Assembly (NCBI GenBank): GCA_042570465.1
Contig: JBHPGO010000003.1
Location: 1 to 56,882, forward strand
DNA length: 56,882 nt
From: Patescibacteria group bacterium
Lineage (GTDB): Bacteria; Patescibacteriota; Microgenomatia; PFEM01; JBHPGO01
Reading direction: 5' to 3'
Position numbers and translations under genes: made by a program. The notes under the pieces were generated by a model, which had not been told where the DNA came from, did no database searches, and was given only the letters and a program-made list of their open reading frames with translations. Each line of letters opens with the position of its first letter. Position 1 is the first letter of the stretch. Below, piece by piece: positions 39,078 through 47,136 of this stretch.

Positions 39078-40901
39078 TCATTTTCCAAAGGAAGTTAAGC
39101 CGGACAGCTTTTGGGAAAGTTTGCTAAATTCACGATCAAACTTCTTCAGCTGGTCTTTTTCTAAAGAATCAAGGTTCGTCTTTTTTTCAAGATTTTTAAT
39201 TTCCCGAGCGATCTGCCGAAGCTTTTCTTTTAAATTAAGCTCGCTAATCCTCTCAATAGTTTTTTCTAACTCGGCGCTTAGTTTTTCGTCATCTTCGATC
39301 AGGGATGAGAAATCTATCAAATATAAATGATTAAAGCTTTCAACTAACTCGGCGGCCATCATCTTAGCTAATCTTTGACTATTGTGAGTCTTATACCGCT
39401 TTAAATACTGCTTTAGCACTTCCAATATCCGAACAAAACGAGGAGTTTTAACCAAGCCAGCTAATCTTTTTTTAACCAACAAAGACCAATCATCTGACTG
39501 GAAAACCAAGGCCAAAAGATGCTCTTCCAGAATTTCTCGTCTGGTCTTTAAAACCCCTTTTTGAAGAACAGTTTTTTGTCCTGACCCTCTTTGAACTGGC
39601 CTTGGGCTCTTTGACCGAATAACCTTTTCCATTTGAGCCATAATTACCCTTTCGCTTACCTGGAGACTATCGGCCAGTAAAGCAATATAATGAGCCTTGA
39701 CGATTTCGTCGTTAATTTTTGCCAAAACCGGAATTAGCTCCAAACCTACCCGACGCTTACCTTGGGCTGTTTTTGTTCCAAATCGCTCCAAAGCTGAAGA
39801 CAAAAGGTAATCAAAAATTGGAACCGCTTCTTTGACTAATTGCCGCCAAAGTTTGGGGTTTTTTTGAGCCACTTCATCCGGATCCTTGCCACCTCTTAAC
39901 TTGACCACTCTGATCATTAATCCAGCTTGATCAGCAATCTCAATCCCCCGACGAGCCGCAATGTCTCCCGCAAGATCACGATCAAGAGCCAAAATAATAT
40001 TTTGAGTAAAGCGACCCAGTAAACGAACCTGCGGCTCTGTTAGGGCTGATCCCTTAATCGCCGCGACATTTTTTACCCCCGCCTGGTAAGAAGAAATCAT
40101 GTCCAACTCGCCTTCAACTAAAACTAATTGATCGACTTTCTTGACAAACGTCCGAACTTCATCTAAGCCATAAAGTAAATTGGATTTGTGATAAACCAAA
40201 GTTTCCGGTGAATTGACATACTTCGCTTGTGATGATTCAGAAAGAAGACGACCAGCAAACCCGCAAGCATTTCCGCGGTGATCCTTGAGCGGAAACATTA
40301 AGCGATTCCTAAACCGATCATAATAACTTTGCTTATAACCCTTCGAGCTCTTAATCACTAAGCCTGCTCTCTCTAAGTCCTCAACTTGGTAACCCTTTTT
40401 TCCGGTCAAATAGCTTTGAAGACCGGTCCATAAATTAGGCGCAAAACCAAGCTTAAAACGCTTGAGCGATTCTTGGGTGATCCCCCTCCCGAGGATATAG
40501 TCTAAAGCTCTTTTTCCAGCTGAATGATGAAGTAAAAGATAGTGGTAATACTCACCGGCCAAGTGATTAATCTCAAAAAGAAGCTGTTTGTTTTTTTCTC
40601 CCTGGCTAGGCTGGTAGCTTTTTAACTTCACTCCAGCTCTCTTTGCTAAATACCTCAAGGATTCAACAAACTCCATTCCTTCGATCTTCATCAAAAAACG
40701 AAAATGATCACCGCCTTCACCACACCCAAAGCACTTAAAAATTTGCCGCTCCGGTGAAACCATAAAAGAAGGGGCTGTTTCTGAATGAAAAGGACAAACA
40801 GCTTTAAAATTCCGACCGGCTTTTTTTAATGAAACATACTCACTAATCAGCTCGACTAAGCTGATATTGTTTTTGATCTCTTCCAGTTGATCTTGAGCCA
40901 T
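39078..40901 (-). CDS. dnaG: DNA primase
   Basis: CPFH..CFGC zinc finger, KYVNSPET, VEGELD TOPRIM, KDPD. Confidence 0.97.
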   Translation of the reverse strand: MAQDQLEEIKNNISLVELISEYVSLKKAGRNFKAVCPFHSETAPSFMVSPERQIFKCFGCGEGGDHFRFLMKIEGMEFVESLRYLAKRAGVKLKSYQPSQGEKNKQLLFEINHLAGEYYHYLLLHHSAGKRALDYILGRGITQESLKRFKLGFAPNLWTGLQSYLTGKKGYQVEDLERAGLVIKSSKGYKQSYYDRFRNRLMFPLKDHRGNACGFAGRLLSESSQAKYVNSPETLVYHKSNLLYGLDEVRTFVKKVDQLVLVEGELDMISSYQAGVKNVAAIKGSALTEPQVRLLGRFTQNIILALDRDLAGDIAARRGIEIADQAGLMIRVVKLRGGKDPDEVAQKNPKLWRQLVKEAVPIFDYLLSSALERFGTKTAQGKRRVGLELIPVLAKINDEIVKAHYIALLADSLQVSERVIMAQMEKVIRSKSPRPVQRGSGQKTVLQKGVLKTRREILEEHLLALVFQSDDWSLLVKKRLAGLVKTPRFVRILEVLKQYLKRYKTHNSQRLAKMMAAELVESFNHLYLIDFSSLIEDDEKLSAELEKTIERISELNLKEKLRQIAREIKNLEKKTNLDSLEKDQLKKFDREFSKLSQKLSGLTSFGK

Positions 40902-40918
40902 CGAAAATACCTCCTAAG

Positions 40919-42427
40919 CTATTTTACAAAAACCACGGCTAGTTTGTCTTGATAAGCTACTTGCCAGCCGGCTAATAAAAGCTCTTCTCTCAAACTAAAG
41001 ATATCATCATCCCTTTTTAAAAAACCAGAAACTAAAGAGGCCAATGATTTTTTAGGCGCTGGTATTAAAATATGGGTCACTTGGTGTTTCTCAAAAATCT
41101 TCCGGAAATCTTTCTTTCCGGTAAAAATCTCTATTTCCTCCCGAAAAGCCGAATAATCATTTTGCTCCCAAATCGCCATCCGACCATCGCCAAAAACTTT
41201 TTTTTCCGGATGTTTCCAAATCAAATACCCTCCCCAACTATAAACCGAAAAAAGATTTCCCTCTATCTTCTCTTCTTTTAAGAAAGTGATTGCCTTGGTC
41301 GGATAAAAGCTTTCTTCCTTAAACCGATCTAAGCTAGCCAGCTGGTCCTTAAAAGAAAATATCACTAAAAACAATCCGGCTATCCCTAACCAAAACTGCC
41401 AATTATTAATTTTTTTAAAAACTTTCTTTTGAACCATCAGTCGGAAAAAATCTTCGATGTAAGAACTAAGTAATGGCAAGGTAAAAAGGAAAAAATAGAT
41501 CATCAATCGCCGACTCAAAAATCCAACAATAAAGAAAGTTAAAGCAGTTACTTTTTCAAAAATCGTCCCTTTTTCTTTAAAAACAAACAATAAGGCCCAA
41601 AAAATTCCTGTGTAAATTATCATCGCAAAATTAAAAGAGCTATAGGGAAGCCATTCAGAAATGTAGTAGTGAATTTTTTGACCTTGGATCATTTCCTCAA
41701 AAATTAACCGATAAATTGCCTCTTGATAGGGATTAGCCATGATGGCCGCCAAGCTGATAACCAAAGCGATTAGAACCAAGCTTAAATGACCAATCACTTT
41801 TTTTTGACGTTTGACCAGGAAATAAATGTCGACCCCCGCGGCGATCAGTAAAATAATTAACCCCAGAGAAAAACCGGCGTGTAAGTTCGCCCAAGCCCAA
41901 AAAATCAAAGGCAGCAATATTAACCACTTTAGGTCTTGGTAAGATTTTTTGATCGCAAAATAGACCAAAACTGCCAAGAAATAACTGATCATTTTCGGCC
42001 GAACGCTGATAAAGTCAAATGAGGCTAAAGCCGCCAGAATCAGTGGTCCCAAAAAATAATAAATTTTTTTAGGTAAAGCCTGGCACATAAAAGCCATTGC
42101 CCCAAGCAACCCACCCACAATTGCCAGGCTCCAATAACCTATTCTGGAATAACCTAAGTAAATTAGGACATCTGTCAGCCAAGAATGAGCCAGCCAAGGG
42201 TAGTCCGGCATGGTGTAAGAAAAAAGGTCTTTTTGTGGCACGGTTTTGTTTTGCCAAATCCACTCTCCGGTTTTAAGTTGCCAACCAAAATCAGGATCCA
42301 AAAAATAATTGGCCAAAAATGAAAAAACCAACCAGAGGGACAGAAAGCAAAACAACCACAAAATTCGCTTCATCCAATTTTTTTCCCGCATATTTCCCGC
42401 GTTATTAACGCAAAGTGAAACAGTCAA
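40919..42427 (-). CDS. multi-pass membrane protein, GT-C glycosyltransferase-like
   Basis: DPDFGWQL..G, WANLHAGF, ISEW, WGGYLIW, DGR. Confidence 0.65.
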   Translation of the reverse strand: MTVSLCVNNAGNMREKNWMKRILWLFCFLSLWLVFSFLANYFLDPDFGWQLKTGEWIWQNKTVPQKDLFSYTMPDYPWLAHSWLTDVLIYLGYSRIGYWSLAIVGGLLGAMAFMCQALPKKIYYFLGPLILAALASFDFISVRPKMISYFLAVLVYFAIKKSYQDLKWLILLPLIFWAWANLHAGFSLGLIILLIAAGVDIYFLVKRQKKVIGHLSLVLIALVISLAAIMANPYQEAIYRLIFEEMIQGQKIHYYISEWLPYSSFNFAMIIYTGIFWALLFVFKEKGTIFEKVTALTFFIVGFLSRRLMIYFFLFTLPLLSSYIEDFFRLMVQKKVFKKINNWQFWLGIAGLFLVIFSFKDQLASLDRFKEESFYPTKAITFLKEEKIEGNLFSVYSWGGYLIWKHPEKKVFGDGRMAIWEQNDYSAFREEIEIFTGKKDFRKIFEKHQVTHILIPAPKKSLASLVSGFLKRDDDIFSLREELLLAGWQVAYQDKLAVVFVK

Positions 42428-42453
42428 CTTCTCACCAATAGTAAATACTTTCT

Positions 42454-42711
42454 CTAAATCCCAAGCCTAATTATAATCTTTGTACAAAATGGTGTGCCGT
42501 TTTTAGCAGCTGTCACCAAATCTTCCTCGAGATTTCTTTGACTTACCAATGCAACTGCTCTATTAACTGCAGGCCCCCAATCTAAACAAGCTGTTTCTTG
42601 AGGATGTTCTCGAAATCTGTCTTCTAATTTTCTTGCTCGCCCCTCAAGACCTTCAAGTCGCTCAGCTCCCGAATGATTTTCAAAAGAATTGAGTTTTTCC
42701 ACAACTCTCAT
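42454..42711 (-). CDS. hypothetical protein
   Basis: RBS AAGGAGGG upstream. Confidence 0.5.
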   Translation of the reverse strand: MRVVEKLNSFENHSGAERLEGLEGRARKLEDRFREHPQETACLDWGPAVNRAVALVSQRNLEEDLVTAAKNGTPFCTKIIIRLGI

Positions 42712-42747
42712 CCCTCCTTTCTAAGTATTTTTAGCAAAAACCTTGTA

Positions 42748-42850
42748 GCGGTGGGGGCGGGATTCGCCATGAACCAGAATAAATTCGGTACATGGCGCCC
42801 TATACCGTGTCCCGACCGAAATTCGGGACTCTGGTATACGGGCGAACCCC
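42748..42850 (-). pseudogene. tRNA-Ser-like 3' fragment with double-hairpin insertion in the T-loop
   Basis: GGGGTTCG[insert]AATCCCGCCCCCACCGC; no 5' half. Confidence 0.7.
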
Positions 42851-42896
42851 TTAAGTAATACTTTACCCAGCCGCTGTTTCGACATTAACTAACTTG

Positions 42897-42983
42897 CGGA
42901 GAGGGAGGGATTCGAACCCTCGATGACCTTTCGGCCATACACGCTTTCCAAGCGTGCTCGTTAAGCCACTCTGACACCTCTCC
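42897..42983 (-). tRNA. tRNA-Ser(GGA)
   Basis: cloverleaf, long variable arm, CACGC-TTGGAAA-GCGTG. Confidence 0.95.
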
Positions 42984-43012
42984 TTATTAATTAATAATTT
43001 TAAAACCTACGG

Positions 43013-43085
43013 CGCCTCCGGAGGGAATTGAACCCCCAATCTTTGGTTCCGGAAACCACTGCTTTATCCGTTAAGCTACGGAGGC
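43013..43085 (-). tRNA. tRNA-Arg(CCG)
   Basis: cloverleaf, anticodon loop TTCCGGA. Confidence 0.9.
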
Positions 43086-43090
43086 AAGAG

Positions 43091-43177
43091 CGGTGGGAGA
43101 GGGATTTGAACCCCCGTGGGACTTACATCCCGCAAGCTTTTCGAAAGCTGCCCGTTTAGCCACTCCGGCATCCCACC
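43091..43177 (-). tRNA. tRNA-Ser(CGA)
   Basis: cloverleaf, loop TTCGAAA, long variable arm. Confidence 0.9.
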
Positions 43178-43200
43178 AAAATTGACAATATTAAAAAACA

Positions 43201-43360
43201 GGATTCGCCTTGAACCAGAGTCCGGTTTACCGGACACGGTTCATGGCGCCCTATACCGTGTTCGCTGAAAGCGAATTCTGGTATACGGGCGAACCCCCGT
43301 GGGACTTACATCCCGCAAGCTTTTCGAAAGCTGCCCGTTTAGCCACTCCGGCATCCCACC
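43201..43360 (-). pseudogene. duplicate 5' part of tRNA-Ser(CGA) with double-hairpin T-loop insertion
   Basis: 43292-43360 identical to 43109-43177; insertion 43208-43289; acceptor 3' strand missing. Confidence 0.85.
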
Positions 43361-43422
43361 GAAATAAACTCCAAATCACAAGCACCAAATTTCAAATTAC
43401 AAATGATTATCAAAAATTTCAG

Positions 43423-43495
43423 CACGCCCGGCGTGACTCGAACACGCAACCTTCTCGTCCGCAACGAGATGCTCTATCCATTGAGCTACGGGCGC
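43423..43495 (-). tRNA. tRNA-Arg(GCG)
   Basis: TCTCG-TTGCGGA-CGAGA anticodon arm. Confidence 0.92.
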
Positions 43496-43630
43496 TCTTG
43501 TGTCTGGCTAGTCGGACCACAAACCGATGTTTTATCTCCACCTCTGGCGGAAATTTGAGGGCCTTCACCTTCACTTAACTTAACCACAATTATATCAGTT
43601 TTCAGTGAGATTAACTTAAAATCAGTGTGA

Positions 43631-44185
43631 TTAGTGCTTTTCTAGAGGAACACGTTTCGAAAGCCAAGAGCTGGCATTATCTGCCCAGGTTTTTTCGGGC
43701 TCTTCAAACAAGAGGAATTGAGAAAGAGTCTCTTGAACCTTTTTATCACTAATGTCTCCTAAAATCATGATCAGGCGGTACGGAAGCGAGATTCTGTTTT
43801 CAACATAAAGAACTTTTTGGTCGAACTTAACTTCAAACCAGAACCGACCCAAATCACCCCATTGGTACTGCCGACCACCAGTAATAATCCCACGATTTGT
43901 GATTTGATGATGAGCCTCTCTTGGTTCAATCGTCGCCATAATAAAGGCAAAGAAAGCCAAGGCAATAATGACCACCACCAGAATCCATTCTTCAGAAAGA
44001 AGCAAAATTACGATCAAAAAGAAAGCCATCGCCCCAATCGTGGTAAAGTATTCCCGACTCCGCTTTTTAAAAAGTCTTTCCGGAGAGGTCCAGTCGAGCA
44101 ATATTTTTAATGCTTCTGGCCTCACTACCTGGACATTATCTCGTGATTTTAATGTACTCTTGGCAGTTTTATTAATTTCAGGCAT
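43631..44185 (-). CDS. two-TM conserved hypothetical membrane protein
   Basis: W.SPER.FKKRSREYF, YQWGDLGRFWF. Confidence 0.7.
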   Translation of the reverse strand: MPEINKTAKSTLKSRDNVQVVRPEALKILLDWTSPERLFKKRSREYFTTIGAMAFFLIVILLLSEEWILVVVIIALAFFAFIMATIEPREAHHQITNRGIITGGRQYQWGDLGRFWFEVKFDQKVLYVENRISLPYRLIMILGDISDKKVQETLSQFLLFEEPEKTWADNASSWLSKRVPLEKH

Positions 44186-44248
44186 TAGTTTTAGCTCTCG
44201 TAAATATCTAAAAATTACTATATCACATCAGTAATCATTTGTTAATCG

Positions 44249-44338
44249 TGGCGGAGGGGGCGAGATTTGAACTCGCGTGGGAATAAATTCCCCCACGGTT
44301 TTCAAGACCGGGCCGTTTAACCACTCCGGCACCCCTCC
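44249..44338 (-). tRNA. tRNA-Ser(TGA)
   Basis: cloverleaf, loop CTTGAAA, encoded CCA. Confidence 0.93.
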
Positions 44339-44358
44339 AAAATATCTTCTTATAAAAA

Positions 44359-44449
44359 TGGCGGAGGAGGTGGGATTTGAACCCACGTGTGCCTTTCAGC
44401 ACGCTGGTTTAGCAAACCAGTGTAATGGACCGGACTATACGACTCCTCC
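44359..44449 (-). tRNA. tRNA-Ser(GCT)
   Basis: CTGGT-TTGCTAA-ACCAG, encoded CCA. Confidence 0.95.
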
Positions 44450-44722
44450 TAGAAAGTTTTTAAGCTGCAATTTCAAAACCCTTTTGCCTTTTGTTGTCTT
44501 AAAGTAGCGTTCTCTTTTCTCTGCGTCTTTTTTATTTAAATATGATTCAAAGTATATTAGCTTAAATGGCACCCTGTGTCTTGTTGACCTGACTTTTCCC
44601 TCTCGATGTTCAGCTATCCGCCTTGTTAAATTATTACTTAAACCTGAATAGAATTGATCATTTTTCAAAAGCAAAATATAGACATAGAAAAAGTCTTTGT
44701 CCAGCAAGGTGGGATTCGCCAT
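44435..44722 (-). CDS. small GIY-YIG nuclease between tRNA-Ser(GCT) copies
   Basis: YVYIL..FYSG...RRIAEH...STRHRVP..LIYFE...AEKRERYFKT; stop codon lies inside the tRNA. Confidence 0.85.
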   Translation of the reverse strand: MANPTLLDKDFFYVYILLLKNDQFYSGLSNNLTRRIAEHREGKVRSTRHRVPFKLIYFESYLNKKDAEKRERYFKTTKGKRVLKLQLKNFLGGVV

Positions 44723-44876
44723 GAACCAGAGTCCGATTGAAAGATCGGACACGGTTCACGGCGCCCTATACCGTGTCCGGCAAAGCCGGATTCTGGTATA
44801 CGGGCGAACCCACGTGTGCCTTTCAGCACGCTGGTTTAGCAAACCAGTGTAATGGACCGGACTATACGACTCCTCC
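44708..44876 (-). pseudogene. duplicate of tRNA-Ser(GCT) with double-hairpin T-loop insertion and broken acceptor
   Basis: 44807-44882 identical to 44380-44455; insertion 44719-44804. Confidence 0.85.
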
Positions 44877-44917
44877 TAGAAACCGTGTCCTTATTTTACC
44901 AAAATTCAACCCTAGTT

Positions 44918-45592
44918 TCACCTGCACAGGGTCAAACCCCAAACTTCTTTAACTCCGGCTTTTTTTAGTGCCCGGCCACCTTCTCTTAAAGTTGAGCCGG
45001 TTGTCCAAACATCATCAAAAAGAAAAATACAGGACTTTAAAGACAAATTCTGATAATCATCGTTAACCTCAAAAGCCCCTCTGACATTTTCAAGACGCTG
45101 TTTTCCTTTAAGTTTGGTTTGAGATTGGGTGTACCTGGTTCGCTTAAGAAGGTCAGGCAAAAACTGCCAACCCATCTTTTGAGCCAATAATTTTCCCAAA
45201 ACCTCTGCCTGATTAAAGCCACGTTTTCTTTCTTTCCTCGGGTGAAGGGGAATTGGAGTGAGTAAAATTTCTTGAAAATGAGGAGCCATTGACTTTGCTG
45301 GCCCAATTGACTTTTCTATCAGTTCTTCAGCCAGGTCAGTCAAATGTTTGTATTTTAATTTTTTAACTGCCTCTCTCACTATCCCTCGATAACTAAACAG
45401 AGAAATCAGACCATTGAGCGAATGATTTTTAAGGCAAAACAAGTGAGTCTTTCCCAAAACAACCCCCTTTCGACAGGTCGGACAAATTTGTGTTCCCACT
45501 AATTGAGCCCCCCGCCAGCAACCTTGGCAAAAATACTGCCCCCAACGACCACAACCTAGGCAGCGGCGGGGGAAAAGAAAGTTGAGAATCAT
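44918..45592 (-). CDS. comF: ComF-family protein
   Basis: N-terminal double zinc ribbon, PIPLH..RGFNQA, DDVWTTGST. Confidence 0.9.
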   Translation of the reverse strand: MILNFLFPRRCLGCGRWGQYFCQGCWRGAQLVGTQICPTCRKGVVLGKTHLFCLKNHSLNGLISLFSYRGIVREAVKKLKYKHLTDLAEELIEKSIGPAKSMAPHFQEILLTPIPLHPRKERKRGFNQAEVLGKLLAQKMGWQFLPDLLKRTRYTQSQTKLKGKQRLENVRGAFEVNDDYQNLSLKSCIFLFDDVWTTGSTLREGGRALKKAGVKEVWGLTLCR

Positions 45593-45831
45593 GGCTTTAT
45601 TAAACGCTTGTTGCGAAAAGCAAACCCTGAGCTTGTTTTCAGATATTTTTCAAAATCAAGAGCTAATGACTTTTGCTCGAAAGCTGCATAAAAAAGAAGC
45701 TTTACTGGTCGATACTTTCTTGTCTGGTTAACATTTCCTTTTTGATGATTGTTAATTCGTTTTCTTAAATTCGAAGAATAGCCAGTATATAGCCTACCAT
45801 TGCTCAATTCAATGATATACGCATAATACAT
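45589..45831 (-). CDS. small GIY-YIG nuclease downstream of tmRNA
   Basis: YAYII..LYTGYSSNLRKRINNH...FEKYLKTSSG. Confidence 0.85.
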   Translation of the reverse strand: MYYAYIIELSNGRLYTGYSSNLRKRINNHQKGNVNQTRKYRPVKLLFYAAFEQKSLALDFEKYLKTSSGFAFRNKRLIKP

Positions 45832-46026
45832 TAACCAAATCTTAACATTTTCAAAGCAATTGTCCCACTCCATCTCGCCCCTCCAAATGGTGCGAGATTA
45901 CTCGGGACACACTTCGAGTTTTTGTTTTATGAGGAAAGTGAGCTTGCCACATTTCACCCCAACATGGTTGGGATAAAAAAGTGTGGCCTGCCACGCGAAG
46001 CCCCGACAAAATGTCGGGGCGAAGTG

Positions 46027-46377
46027 TGGAGATGGTGGGTATCGAACCCACGTCCGAAAAAAAGAAATTAAAAACTTCTACAAGCTTAGTCAACTGTTAA
46101 TTGTCGTCTTAACCTGATCCTGTTGACCGGAAAGTTAAAACCAAAGACTGATTAGGCTTGGCTCTGAAGGTCCAGTCAAACCTACAGAGCTGCATCCCAA
46201 CTGAGTTTATGCCCAAATTATCCCGCTGGGAGAGGACAAAGAGGACACCTAGTTACGCGAAAGCGAGACTAGGCTGGCTTTGTTTATTGCCAGTTAGTCT
46301 TGATCCTTTTTTACGAGTTTTGATCAAACTCGGCTTGCCGTTTTTAAAGAACTTTTCCCGTCGATCCGTACATCCCC
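46027..46377 (-). ncRNA. ssrA: tmRNA; tag (A)GNKQSQPSLAFA
   Basis: 5' GGGGATG..GGATCGAC, 3' GTGGGTTCGATACCCACCATCTCCA; tag ORF after TAACT; adjacent to smpB. Confidence 0.92.
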
Positions 46378-46422
46378 ATGTAGCTAATTTATAATTACCA
46401 CTTTTCAAATTCCAAATAAGTT

Positions 46423-46630
46423 AACCGTTCAAATTGTTCAAACCGTTTAAATTGTTTAAGGCGTTTAACTCGATTCAATCCTAATCACTAATTTCTAATT
46501 TTCTGTATTCTAAATTCTATACCCTATGCCCTATGCCCTATGCCCTATGCCCTAACGCCTAATTCCTAATTTCTAATTACTAATTACTAGTTACTAGTTA
46601 CTAGTTACTAGTACCTATACCCTATACCCT
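46423..46630. repeat. 9-mer then 7-mer tandem repeat array; 46463-46589 is an inverted copy of 52244-52363
   Basis: AACCGTTCA-type, CCCTATG, CTAATTA, CTAGTTA units. Confidence 0.9.
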
Positions 46631-47077
46631 AATTCCTGTTTCCTTATCTCTCAACAATCTCTCCTGCTCTCTTTTAAAATCCCTTTCCTTGATCTTTTTT
46701 CGCTTTTCGTATTTTCTTTTTCCTTTAGCTAAAGCTATTGAAAGCTTAATATTTCGTCCCTTAGTATAGCACGAAATAGGCACAATCGTCAATTTTTTAG
46801 TCTGAGTTCCAAGAAGCAGTTTTAATATCTCTTTTTTGTGCAAAAGAAGCTTACGGGTCCGAGTAGGCTCATAATTTTGATTGTCGGCCATTGGGTAGGC
46901 AGGGATGTGGGCATTGTGAAACCAAGCTTCACCTTGACTAACCCGAATAAAGCTTTCTTCCAAATTAATCCGACCAGCCTTGACAGATTTAACCTCAGCT
47001 CCGGTTAAAACCAACCCGGCTTCAAATTTTTCAAGCAATTCATAATCATAACGAGCTCTCCGGTTAACAACTTTCAT
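46622..47077 (-). CDS. smpB: SsrA-binding protein
   Basis: NRRARYDY, EAGLVLTGAEVKS, RTRKLLLHKKEI. Confidence 0.97.
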   Translation of the reverse strand: MKVVNRRARYDYELLEKFEAGLVLTGAEVKSVKAGRINLEESFIRVSQGEAWFHNAHIPAYPMADNQNYEPTRTRKLLLHKKEILKLLLGTQTKKLTIVPISCYTKGRNIKLSIALAKGKRKYEKRKKIKERDFKREQERLLRDKETGIRV

Positions 47078-47136
47078 AAACTTATCCGTGGTGGCTAAAC
47101 CCTAAACCCTATGCCCTATACCCTAACGCCTAATTC

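Noticed and set aside
42765-44806. Spliceable tRNA introns
   Set aside because: The inserts are too short for group I/II introns, and each interrupted copy lacks a complete acceptor stem or its 5' half, so removal would not restore a tRNA.
47100-47130. Telomere-like TTTAGGG repeats or eukaryotic contamination
   Set aside because: Units are degenerate, internal and embedded between bacterial genes; they belong to the heptamer array family.
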